64,000 bases of DNA, from NCBI GenBank assembly GCA_013265495.1, contig MU061578.1, forward strand, positions 1,373,308-1,437,307, written 5' to 3'. Source of the DNA: Vicugna vicugna (Eukaryota). Below, one piece after another: positions 49,830 to 62,160 of this stretch (positions are counted from its first letter, which is position 1; each line of letters opens with the position of its first letter). The notes under the pieces are model-generated. The model searched no databases, had not been told where the DNA came from, and was given only the letters and a program-made list of their open reading frames with translations. A program made the position numbers and the translations under genes.

Positions 49830-50142
49830 CCCTCCTTTCACTGACATGGCTAGCCCCTTATCTTTCAAGACGCAGGCCAGATGCCACCTCTTCCAGGATG
49901 CTGCCCCTTGCCCTGATTTATGTGGTCTGCCTTCAGAGCGCTCGTTCCTGCAGCATCCTGTGAGTCCCTCAACTCCAGCCCACAGCACAGAGCCTCATTT
50001 GTCTCTGACTACCTGTCTAGGTCCCCTGAGGCAGGGACCTCTCATTATCCATCTTTGATTCTGCAGCAACTACAGCATTGCTTGATACTTCATAGTTATT
50101 CCAGACCTCAATCGAGTGTTAACTAATTAAATGAACGAATGA
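49830..50142 (+). mobile_element. L2 3' end
   Basis: tctttcaagacgcag...tgccacctcttccagga...cctgaggcagggacc...taaatgaacgaatga. Confidence 0.75.
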
Positions 50143-50329
50143 GAAAACAGACAGGAGAATGAAAAAAAAGGAATAAGAATGGCTTCGACTCACCCCTCAA
50201 AAAATCAAGAATAGAGAAATGCTAAGGCAAGGGGGAATATGTTTAAGAAAGGCAGGAGCTAGCATAGCCGCTGATTCATAACGTGAGGTGGGCGGGGAGC
50301 GCAGCAGGGAGAGGTGATTCACCCAAGCC

Positions 50330-50530
50330 CCTGCCCAACCTGGGGTCCAGGGCTGGTCCTGTCTTTTACCAGCTCAGAGCTTCATAAAACGGCTGCTGCT
50401 CCCTGATGCTCTGTTTCCCATTCGCACAATGGAAATATAGTAGTGGTGAATTCATATGATGGTTATGAACATGAAATCGGAATCACACGTATAAAACAGC
50501 GAGGGGAGTGTGTACGTGTTGAGTAGCTAT
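50330..50530 (+). mobile_element. MIR fragment
   Basis: ctctgtttcccattcgcacaatggaaat...ggttatgaacatgaaat. Confidence 0.55.
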
Positions 50531-51592
50531 TAGGGATCATTGTTTTCGGCGATGAATTCTAACGGCTATCAGAGCAGTTCTCAGCAGCAGCAGTAATCCA
50601 GCACGTACTCATTAATACTAACGCATGCCCTTTCTGTGGCTGACTCTGCCAGGCGTTTTCAGGCACAGAGAGATCTAAAACTCAGTCCTTGCTCTCGAAA
50701 GGCTTAACATAGCTGCAGAGTCAGACCATCCTCACCTCTGTCCAATGGGGTCTTTCCCATCCCTCTCCCTTCCTCCAAGCCTGGGTTGCCGGGGAAAGTT
50801 AGCAGCACTTGAACCTTTAAAAACACACCATAATGTGTAAGTGTGAATTAGCATGGGGTTGTCTAACCTTATACCTTATGAGCAGCTTCATCTGCCATAA
50901 CTTAGACGGTGATGGGAAATAAAATGCAAGCACGGCGAAGAGCTCACTGTGCACGGCAAGACATGTTTTATCTCTAGCCACGAAGTGGAATTGCATTCCT
51001 GTTGTGAAACCCAGATTGATGCATGCGTTTTATTTATAACCCTTTCTCTCCAAGTTCCTCCAAGTTACAAGCTAGCAATGAAAGTTTGCAGTGGCTTTTA
51101 AAGGGCCTGCTGGCATCTTCCCTGACAGCCAAATTCTTGCAAGTGACAGGAACAGAGCACAGGATGGTCCAGAGTGAACAGGCATTAAAGAATGGATGTG
51201 TCTGAGAAAGAATATTAAGGATGGAAGGAGAGAGGCAGAAAGTAAAATGCGTGAGTGTGGATTTTCAGGCTGAGCCCACCATACTGGCACCTCAAACTGA
51301 TTGTCATCTAACCACTGGAGCGTCTCGCCTTCAGCATCACCTGGACTCTGAGCAGGAACAAGAACTGCTTTCTACTTCCATCTGCCCCTTTCTCGGTCTA
51401 CCTCCCCCAGTGGCTCAGAAAAAAACCATGCAGAACCATTTAGCTGGCAGTGCCTTCAGTCTGGTGATCATTTCTCAATTCTGTACATCCATGCTGCCCC
51501 GTTTGGTAACACGGAAGGTGTGGCAGCCAAGAAGCATCAATCCCCAAAGAGTAGAGAAAACCAATTCAAAGACTAGGGCTCAGGGAAAAAGT

Positions 51593-52195
51593 CCAGCAGT
51601 TCCTCAGATAATTAAACATAGTGTCACCACATGACCCAGTGATTCCATTCCTAGGTACATACCCAAAACAACTCAGACAGGTGCTCAGAGAAACACAGGT
51701 ACATATCTGTTCATAGCTGCACTACTCACAATAGTCAAAAGGTAGAAACAATCCTGGTGTCCATCAGTGGATGAATGGATAAACCAAATAATGGTCTATC
51801 TAGACAATGGAGTATTAGTCACCCATAAAAAAGATAACGTAGAGATATATGCTACAACATGAAGGATCGTCAAAAATATTATGCTAAGTTTAAGAAGCCA
51901 AAGACAAAAATCATGTGATATGATTCCGTTTATATGAAATATCCAGAAAAGGGCAAATCCATAGAGACAGAAAGCAGATTTGTGCTTGCCAGGGGCGAGG
52001 GGAGAGGGAAATAGAGAGTACCTGCTTTAATGGGCATGGAGTTTTCTTTTGGGGTGATGAAATGTTCTGGAACTACATAAAGGTAGTTGCACAATAGTCT
52101 GAATGTACGATGTGCCATTAAATTGTTTGCTTAAGCATAGTTTAATTTTATGTGATGTGAAATTCACCTCAAATAATAGCCAAAAAAAAAAAAAT
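51593..52195 (+). mobile_element. L1MB-type LINE 3' end
   Basis: atgacccagtgattccattcctagg...gtccatcagtggatgaatggataaac...ggggtgatgaaatgttctggaa...aattcacctcaa plus A tail. Confidence 0.9.
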
Positions 52196-52389
52196 TCAAA
52201 TACTACAGTAGTTTTCCAGTTCTGGGACATAATAGGTCAGATACCAAAACCCAGTAAAGGAGAGATTAAAAGAAAAAAAAACCACCAGAGACCAAAGTCA
52301 TGGTCATAAATGTGAAGAGACTTTGAAGCTAAAACAGGTGTAAGAATAGAATCCACAGGTATAGACTTATATTCAGGGCCTCAGCCCAG

Positions 52390-52600
52390 AGGCAGGGACC
52401 TGGCCCTGAATCTCAGTGCTACTGTTTCTAGCTGCGTAGTAATAAATACTTCACATTTCTGAGCCTTGTTGTCTATATTGGAAATAGTTAAGAATCTTCT
52501 TTTGTTGGGTTGCCTCAAGAATCAAGTGACAATGATTGCAAAACTCTACTGTAAGTCATTGCGTATAGCACATAATAAGTGTTCAATAAATGGTAGTTTT
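52390..52600 (+). mobile_element. MIR SINE
   Basis: tgaatctcag...ctagctg...ttctgagcctt...gcacataataagtgttcaataaatggtag. Confidence 0.75.
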
Positions 52601-52739
52601 AATTGTTTTATATATATATATATGCTATATATATAAAATTAATTATCGTGAATAATCATTATGCATGGAACATGTGGTCATAGCTGCCAAGGATGACGAA
52701 GGTCAAACCCATACATCCCTTCCTGAAGCCAGTGGACTC

Positions 52740-52990
52740 CATAGAGACCATTATTTTCCTGGTGATGAAAGAAGCATGTGAGGGCGACCCCAACTGCACA
52801 AGCACCTCCGATGCCTCTGCTGACATCATGCCCGCTAACATTTCAGTGGTCAAATTAAGTCGCATGACCAAGACCAGCATAAAGGAGACGGGAAATACAT
52901 GCCTCGTACTCTAATGAGAGGAATACGGCAAAAGGCATACAGGCAGGGAGCGACGAAAAATTTGCAACCATAATGCAAACACACCATGAC
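52740..52990 (-). mobile_element. MLT1-type LTR fragment
   Basis: gcctctgctgacatca...gctaacatttcagtggtcaaa...aagtcgcatgaccaag...gggaaataca. Confidence 0.7.
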
Positions 52991-54099
52991 ATCCCATGAT
53001 ACTTTTATTCCCATTTTAGAGACAGGAAACCAGACACCAAAAGCTGAGGAACTGTGCCAAGATCATTTAGCCTGGAAATGACAAAACTGGGCTTAAAAGC
53101 ACAATAAAGGGACACAGCGAGATTCCGGAGAGATGCGGCAGGAATGGGGTGCGAGGCAAATCTTCACTGAAGGCGTGGCCCCTGCTGTCGGATATGAATC
53201 ACAGTCAAAGAGTGTTTGATGAATGCCTCAATGATTGCCACTAACAGGATTTCTGTAGCCAGAAATGAATTTAAGAAAGAAAAGGCCTCCTACAATAAGA
53301 ATGTGCTTAAAGCATCCAACTTCAGGGGAGGTCTGCTCCAAAGCAAGTTTTAGAACAATTATTTCCATCATGAGGTATTAAAAGAAGGTGATGCCTGCAG
53401 CTGACAGTTAAGCACCACCCTTCTACATGAAAGAGGTGTTGCGGTTAAGTGTATTTGAAGTTATGACAGATTAAAGTGATCAGAAGTGCATCCCCCGAGT
53501 TTCTGCTTTCACTTTAAAACCTCCAGGAACAAACCTCCTTGCCTGTAATCCTGTGGACAATTCGATGTTTCACAGGACCAGCCAAGGGGTTAGCCCTTAC
53601 TCAGAACCCCTACTCCACAATGTGCAGGCTGTCATGTCAAAGTTTTCTTCCAGAGGGCCAGCCCTTCCTTCTAAGAGCCACCTGGATCTGAATTCCAGTT
53701 CATCATGTGAAGGTAAATTGGGGCCAGTCTTGTAACAACGAAACCCGACACTGACTTTCATATAGAAGCCTTTTTTAACAGGCATTGATGCTATGATTCT
53801 TTTAAAATGGTAACATACCCAGAAAGGAGCTCTCCTCCCTGAAGTATTTCCCAATCTTGTTGCTAAGATTCTAGATCTCGAGGTCTTCAAGCATCCGACT
53901 TCTAAAAGCTTAGCATTGCCTTTGGCATCAATGGAGTGAAATTATTTTTCTAATTGTACCCGTTGGCATAGACACAGTGTGAACAAATTTGAGGGGAATT
54001 AAATTTTTTTCTCCTAAAGTAATTATTAAGAACAGAATATTAGGAAATTACAATGAGGGTTGGCTACAAACAATGGGAGAGTTTTTGCTTAGCAGTAGA

Positions 54100-54330
54100 G
54101 GCAACAGAGTGTAATGGTTAAGAGTAAGTGCTCTGGAGTCAGGCAGACCTGAGTTTGGATCCCACCTCTGGCAGGTCACAGGTGGGCAATCTTGGTCAAA
54201 TCATTTAATGTCACCAATATCAGTTTACTCCTTTGTAGGAAGATTCAGTGACAAATTGTATGGATAGAGACTGCACAACGTCTAGCACAGAGGATGGCAT
54301 AATGGTTGAGAAATGCAAATAGATCACAGC
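54100..54330 (+). mobile_element. MIR SINE
   Basis: gtgtaatggttaagagt...ctctggagtcaggcagacctgagtttggatccca. Confidence 0.85.
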
Positions 54331-54399
54331 ACTCATCTACATAATGTCTTTCAATGGAGTCCCTGCTAATAGGACACAACCCATGAAATGGACATGGTC

Positions 54400-54895
54400 C
54401 CTCAATGCCCAGTACCTCTCTCTTCCCCAATCTCACCTCCAGCCCTGCCCCTCCTCCCATGTTGTAGCCTTAAAGACATCTTACTTCACTTCCTCAGATT
54501 CCCAAGACCTTTCCAGATGCTGCTGTCTTTGCTTGGAAGGCTCTTCCCAATTTAGCCTGATGAACCCCTACTCATCCTTCAAGCATCTTCTCAAACATCG
54601 TTTTGAGGAAGTCTCCCTGGATTTGCATTCAGCATCTCTGTTTCCTGCTCTCCTGGCCCCAGTCTAACTTCCCTTCATGGCACGTATTCAAGATTCTAAT
54701 TATTGATTTCTTTAATTAATGCCTCTCTCCCCACCCCTATTAGACTCTAAGACGTGGAGCTGGAGACCATGTCTAATTTGCTTCCTAGATTGCTCCTAGC
54801 ACCGAACATCAAGTCTGACACATAGTAGGTATTCAATGGTTATTCAGTGAATGACACACAGTAGGTATTTAATAATTAGTTATGCAATGAGTGGG
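54400..54895 (+). mobile_element. L2 3' end
   Basis: cctactcatccttcaag...ttagactctaag...tctgacacatagtaggtattcaat. Confidence 0.85.
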
Positions 54896-56409
54896 TGGAA
54901 AACAATGTCACAGAAAAGAAGTAAAAACATTTAGGTCTGGAGCAGGAGCACTGTCTCAATTAGCTTTCTTGCTTTTAGTTTAAGGAGCACAAAAGGACAT
55001 CTCTGACTCTTAGATCCCTCTCCCCCAATTTTCCCTTCATGTTGCTGCACTGCAGAAGAAAATAATAATTATTATCATTATAATGATTCAATGAGATGGT
55101 CTCATGATATTGGCTGGTTTGGTGCGTTGTTGTTTTGTAGTTTTATATAAGCTCCCTATGTGGGCTATTAAAGAAAGTAGGGACAAATGAGAGAAATTAG
55201 GCATCCGCTTTCACTCCAGGATAAGTTGTTATGTTTGTCTGAATCTAATTTCCCTTTGTCTAGATCACTGAACCGAACCTCAGATATTACCAATGCCAAG
55301 ATGAGAGTGTTAGTGGTGAGGCCTGGTTAATAATTTGCTGGGTAACTTCAGGGAGGAAATGCAACCAGTCTGGGCCATTATTTCTCTTTCTTTACATAAC
55401 AGGGTGGTTTTTTGGCTGAGCTGACATGGAGGCTGTGAGAGGGTACACAACATCGTCTTGCTCTATGCTACTCATTCCCAGTGGACCCTTCCTGAACTCT
55501 GCATGTGCTTCCTGCCACCAACAAACCCAGAAGGTTTTATTTTATTACTAGAGAAGGAAGGAGAGGATTTTGATAGGGAGTGGGATTCTGGGACTTGGAA
55601 GGGTGATAAGAAAACTCAAAATGGAATAGAATTGCATCCACCCCCTACTTGCTTCCTGGGATAATTCGGAACCATCTGTGGCCTGTGGATGGGGGGGTTT
55701 AGATGCAGAGGTGAAAAAGACTTATTGTCAGCCCAAGCAAAGCTACTTTGGGGACCAGGTGACAAATCATAGCATAGAGCTGGAAGGGGGGCCACTTGCC
55801 CTGTCTCTAAAGAAAATGGAGGGATATTGAAAATTGGAGACAAAGAGTGAGGGAGAGAGAGAGAATGAATCTCAAAGAGACAACCAAGGGAAGAAGCTCT
55901 AATGTCTGATCATATCAAGCTCAACTCAGGACAAGTTGGTCGGCTCATCTTGGTGGTGTTTATTCATTTGGACAAAAGCGACTCTCTCCAATTTCCAATT
56001 TCACAACTTCCAGCAAGGCACTGGGCTGGTGAATTACACTTGGTGCGACAGCACTCTTCCAGAGAATTGGAATGAGATTTTTGGCAGCTAAAGTGTTTTT
56101 TAAAAGCCACTGCTTTCTATGATTGCCCCCGTCTCATAAATGACTCTGTTGCAGAGAATGACCAATTCAGGGACAATGCAGCACTCTCCCTCTACAGCTC
56201 CACAAACCTCACCTAAACTTCTCAGATTTTGGGTTGTTCTGCACTGTGTTCCCAAGGACTTCTGATGGGGGTAGTAATTCTGTACCAAGGTGCATTGCCA
56301 CTTTGGGTTTGACTTTACATACAATAGAATAAATTCTCTGGTGCTTAGAACTTACCAAAGTCTGCCTCCTGGGATGAATCACAGCTTTCCAATGTAGGTG
56401 GGGAAGAGA

Positions 56410-56600
56410 AAGGGTTTTGGAGCAAGATGAACCTGGCTTATAGTGTTACTTTCTCTACTTCCTCACTGTCCTCAACCTCGGAGCCTCAGCTTCCTCTTTT
56501 ATAAAATAATATCTCTCTCACTAACTAAATGAAAGAACGTAAGGAAAGTGTCTGGCGCAGTTCCTGATGCTTAGAGGAAATACACATTAGTTTCTTTCCT
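56410..56600 (+). mobile_element. MIR fragment
   Basis: aacctcggagcctcagcttcctcttttataaaat...gaaagtgtctggcgcagttcctg. Confidence 0.65.
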
Positions 56601-57399
56601 CCCTTGGTTTGGGAGTATCTGACGCTGTTCCCTACTAAGGGTGTCACAGTAAGTATTGATTTGGCTGACTACACATTGCAAGGGATGTGATTTTCTGTAT
56701 CCTGGAGAGTCTCTATTTCACGACTTGGGAAAGATGGAGACACAGAGTTAAGAGTGTTTGTCTCTGCAAAGACAAATAGGGATACTTGGGGGCAGAGGTT
56801 GAAAGAAGAATTAGTTCTTCATTGTGTACCATTTTATAACCTGTGAAGTCAGATAAGGATGAATGTATTATCTATTAAAATTTAACTTAAAATGATAACC
56901 AGCACTCACATCCCAAAACAGGATGATGAATTTGGCAATCAGTTCCCATCAGGCACTATTTATTGAGCATCCATGCAGTCACTCTCAAGATTATCAGAGA
57001 AAAATGCTGCTGTTGGCCTTTCCATCTAATAGCCCCTCACTGGGGAAGCAGGCGGGCAAGCTCATTGGGAAATAGCCTTTTCACATAAAGAAGAAGAACT
57101 CTACTCTGATGGGTTTTAGGAAAGTAATCCAGCAAGAGGAGGATCAAATGGCTGCTTCAATACTGTGGGCATGATCGGAAGGAAATCAGAGCGAGGGAGA
57201 TAGTAGCAAGGAAGGAGAGGAAAAGCGATGAGGCAATTCCAAAGATTTGAGACCTGAGCTGAGAGTGGAGACTACCTGCTGGAGGCTACTTGACACTGTA
57301 ATGGAATTAGAGGCACACATAGGGTTACAACATGTATCTCAATATCAAACACCAAGCAAATCCACAGCAACAAATGAGCGCCTGGACTCGGGATTCTAA

Positions 57400-57720
57400 C
57401 CCTTTACTCAGGCCCAACTTTATCCCAGCATTGCCTGTCTCAGTAAATGGCACCACTATCCACCAAACAAACCAGAAAGCAGAAGTCATCTTTGACTCAT
57501 CTTTCTCCCCAGATCCCTATTACAAAGATACCAAGTTCTCTTGATTTTATGCCTGAGATCTGTGGAATCTGTTCATACATTCTCTTCTCTCTATCTCCCC
57601 TAACATCTAAGCCTAAGATGGCATCACTTCTTGTTTTGTAAGTATTGTAGCAGACTCTAACTGATCTTTCTGTTCACTCTCTGATCTGTTTCTGAAATTG
57701 AAACCAGTGCTTCATTAAAG
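57400..57720 (+). mobile_element. L2 fragment
   Basis: tctcagtaaatggcaccactatccacc...gtcatctttgactc. Confidence 0.75.
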
Positions 57721-59994
57721 CAGAAGGAGGTGGGGGAGAAGAGGGCTGTGGGGGAGGAGGAAGATCTGAAGAAATCATGAAGTTAGAGAAAGGTTCCTCT
57801 GGAAATACAAATAAAATGATATTATTTTATTAATACAAATGTTACCATTTTAGCACATATCATAATCCAAATGTGGTACTATATATGAGTATAGGATATG
57901 CAATAAAAGTAACATGATAACATTTGCAAAGAGCAATCCCAAAAAAACTACTTTCTTTTTTTCTCAAACACAATCCACCTAAGGTGGTGAATACACACAA
58001 ATGGTTTTATTTACTCATCAGAATAGTCCCAGCAACAATTCTTTCTGAAATTATTTAATATTTATTAGCTCAAGGTAGAATGAAAATATGTTTTTTTTAG
58101 AACATGATAATTGTTCTGGTTCCAGATTTTTCTTATCATAAAGGAAAGTTTCCCATTCTATCTCTGGAAACACTGACTTTCTGTGTGATACTAAACAAAG
58201 TGTTTAACATCATCAGACTAATAAAAAGATTAATAATGATTTTCAGGAAAGAGGAGTACTCATAAAAATCTTTAAACAAATACTCACTATAGAAGATTAA
58301 TTAATTCCCCAGTTATTCTCTTATATTGTGACCTGTGACAATTCTATAGTAATTTCTATTCCAATTAATTATTCTAAATCATCTGAATATTCTAACTGGT
58401 TCTTGGATGGGTCATCTTTTTGAATCACATGTGAGTGCTGGATGAGATCTTACACAATTGTTGCCAGAAAATACTATTATATGCAAATATTCACAGATTT
58501 TCCCCTCCCCACCTCACCCAAGATAACTCCTTTCTCAGCGTGGTTTCCAGAATTTTATTGCTCAGAACTAGTGCAATGGGGGAAAACAAAGATAGCTCAA
58601 GAGAAGAAATGATTAGGGATTCACGCTGCAAAGAGCCAAGTTTTACTATCAGAGAAAGGGTAGGAGAAAAGGTTTGGACCATGAGCAAGAGAAAGACGTG
58701 AAAGGACTTCCTATGGCTGGAATGTTGGCTTCTTGGGAATTGATCATAGAGGGGAAAAATGTTTCTGAGAGGTGCAATGGGCATGGTATGAAGAGTGCAA
58801 AGACAGGACAAGATGGAACAAGAGAATTGTAAAGATGTTCTTAGCATACGTTAATCATCAAACATCCTTCAAGAGATACCAAGAACAATTTGATGGGCTC
58901 TTAATGTCTAATGGTATGTATTTCTTTGCGTGTGATCATAACTGAGGCAAGACATGATTGGATCTGGCTTTCTGTATTGCCAGTTATAACCAAGCCTCAC
59001 TGTTTGGGATATATGTCCTATTAAAGGATGAAATGGGCTATGAAGTGGACATAATTCCAGTTCCCGCACTTGACCTATGGGAAATCAGAGTGGCCAGGAC
59101 ATGGACTTGGCAACAGAGAAGGGAATGGACCTCAACCCCAGCCTCCCATGCTAGGGTTCTCCTTGAATGAACACCACCCACTCTGCCTCCATCCCCTGCA
59201 GGAAGGTAACCTTTCTCATGAACGCTCACTCTCAGTGCTGACAGTCTAATGAAAGAACACATTGTGAAACCGGATGTTTTTCATCCAATCAATATCCTCC
59301 AACTTCCACAGTAGCCACATACACTATCTAGAGTCCCACTTAGAAATCTTTTATCTGCAGCAGGAAAATTGTTTACGTGTCTAGAGCTGTTGCCCTTGTC
59401 AGTTCTGTTAAAGGGTGTGGACCATCTAGCCAGTCTTCAGTCAACAACAGATACTTACCTGCTATGCGTCAGGGCTAAATGAAGTACTCAGGGTGGATCT
59501 GATTAGAAATTAATCTCCATGGAGAAAGGCACTTTTGTCTCTTTTGTCCACTGCTGTGGACCCAAGTATTTAAAACAGTAGGGATATTGGATAAGGCAGG
59601 CATTTTGAGTTTATTAAATTTATCATTTCAAGACACACTCTAAGGTAGATCTTATGAATATACCTTAGAGTGTCAATGTGTATACACACCTCAGCTTCGT
59701 GTATAACATGCAAGTGGTTAGGAAATTCTGGGTTCTGACCAATAATATCCCAGGTCTATGACAATGGTAACAGCTTACAAATTAGTAATACTTTGCAGTT
59801 TACAGCACGATTTTATATTGCAATGTGGATTCTTTTTGGAAAAATTCTGGGCTGTGAACCTCCTTGTGCACTATACAATGAATTTGTGTGTCCCAAATAC
59901 CATAATTACATCACACTTCCTACTAATTTAATAGTGTGGTAAAATACATATGGATAAACACCTTTACATTTTTGTTTCATGTTTAATCCAGATT

Positions 59995-60152
59995 CTCACT
60001 GCTCAAAGTGTTATCCAAGGCTTCAGCACTGCCAGGAACATGTCAGAAAATGACTGAGATCAGGTCAACCTGCAGATCTCCTGAATCAGAATCCGCTCTT
60101 TTAACAAGATCTCCATGGGATTCCTCCACGCATTAAAGTTTGAGAAGCACAG
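59995..60152 (+). mobile_element. MER5A1-like DNA transposon
   Basis: ctcaaagtg...ctgaatcagaatc...ttttaacaagatctcc...cattaaagtttgagaagcac. Confidence 0.8.
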
Positions 60153-60669
60153 AGGTTCTGGATGAATCTCTCACTTTTTCATTTATTCAGCAAATATTTA
60201 TCAATTGCCCACACTGTTGTCAGACACCATGGAAAGATACTTAACAGGGATAAGACTGATAGTGAAGGATTTTCAGGATTTCCACTTGAAGAAGAAGTGA
60301 AGTAACTTCTAACTTCATGGCAAAATAGCCAGAAGAAAATGAAAAAAAAAAATCCTCCATCTGGTATTCCACTTACACAGAATCATTCACATGAGACATT
60401 CATTTAAAAAGCTGTTTTGTCATCTATTAGTTCCTGGAGATTTCTTACTTAGTACTTTAACCAAAATGTAAGAGAGCACTTTTAGTTAAAACTGAAGGCT
60501 CGTGGGCCAACTCTGGCGCTTATTAAAAGACAAACGTGTAGGGAGAGAAAGGATGAGAGTTGGGAAGAACTAGAATGAGCAGATCTCCTGAATTTGCTTT
60601 CTCACAAGCCTGCAGGTTATTACTGTGACCGGTAGAGGGTTACATAGGTACCTGGGGGGCAGTTTTTGC

Positions 60670-60790
60670 CCTACCTGGAAGCTTACTCCAAATGCCGATT
60701 ATCCGGGTGTCCCCCAGACCTACATCAGAAGCTGCATTTAACAAGGTCCCCAGGTAACATCTATGTACGTGAAAGTTTGAGAAACCCTGT
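60670..60790 (+). mobile_element. MER5A1-like fragment
   Basis: ccccagacctac...gcatttaacaaggtccccaggt...aaagtttgagaa. Confidence 0.75.
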
Positions 60791-60856
60791 ACTGAAATGT
60801 AAGAACCACTTCCTTAAGTTATTACACAAAGAACAAAAGCGTACCTCCCAGACATT

Positions 60857-60974
60857 TAGGGTGATTGTATGTTCTGATGTGCCCAGGACCAAAGTGTTTC
60901 CAGGATGCTGGGTTTCAAGGGCTGGGTGCTATCACTGGGGCAACCCAGGCAAACGGGGGTGATGAATCACCCTG
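60857..60974. mobile_element. MER81/MER94-like hAT-Blackjack MITE
   Basis: Terminal inverted repeats agggtgatt (60858-60866) and aatcaccct (60965-60973). Confidence 0.7.
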
Positions 60975-61924
60975 CACCATCTTCACGCTACAGTATAGGA
61001 TGAGGACCATGTGCTCCCAAATGCCCTCAGCCTCATTCTCTGCCCCCCTCCCAGGATGGCAGCTAAATAAGCCCAATCTTCCTTTTTTTTTTTGAGTGAG
61101 AGCCCCCTCTTTCCAACCCCAAGGTGGGAAAAATGGCCATTCAAAGAGAAACTTGAGATATTAAGAATGAGAATTCCATCTTCCCCCCTCTACAGAAGAG
61201 TCATCAGTTCAAACTGCAGATTGAATTATAGTCCCCAAAGCATATGAGGGAATACAATCTAATCACAGAAGCTCAATAAACTACCGTGCCACTAAATCTA
61301 CTTTACTTTTATCCCACTTGTCCCATTTATCATGGATTATTTTTATTATCTTGGGCATATAAATATTTCTGTTCACATATACAATTTAACTAGTTTAAAA
61401 GTGCAAGATTAAAGCCACAAGAGCACCTTTTCTTGCCACAGAAACATAAGGCACTGGGCAACCAGGAACAGATAGATGTATCTTTGAATGGAGACAGCTG
61501 TTATCCTGGGTAGCCTGGCTGCAGTTAGAATGAGGGGCTTTATCTGGGTTTCCCATTTAAACATCAGGGGTCTGGAGTCGTTGCTGTTTCAGAATTAGGC
61601 AATGTTTCAGCTCCCTGGCATTCTGAATTAAGGAACAGAGCGGCTCTCAGTCTCTTCCTATCTATTAAACACAACCACCTGGTGCGAGGCTCCGTTCTTT
61701 TTGTCTCAGAATGTTTTTCACCTTTCCCAAGTTCATCGATTCTCAAGCTTGAACCTTTTAGAGAGTTTATCAAAAGTACAAATGCCCAGGTACAATCCAC
61801 AGGAATTTAAGAAATGCAGAGTAGGATCCTGGAACTGTTTCTCTGGCGATTCTGAGGCACACGGCCAGAAGCACAGACGTAGAGAAGCCCTCTTTTGATC
61901 GCTGCTGCGGATCATGATGAGAAA

Positions 61925-62160
61925 CCCTATTTACTAGGAGCCGACCACACGTCAGGCACTGTGTAAGGGTGCGGCATGCACTTAAAATCTAACGTCCCTG
62001 TGAGTTGGATGTCATTACCACCATCAGCCCTTCTATTTTGTGGATGAGGACATAATGGTGCAGAAAACCTAGTTGCCTTTTCCAAGGTCAACCAACTATC
62101 AGTTGGTAGAAATGGGACAGAGATTCAAGCAGAGAGCTTCCAGAGCTCAGGGTTTCAACA
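61925..62160 (-). mobile_element. MIR SINE
   Basis: gtcaggcactgtg...attttgtggatgagga...ccaaggtca...gagattcaagc. Confidence 0.7.
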
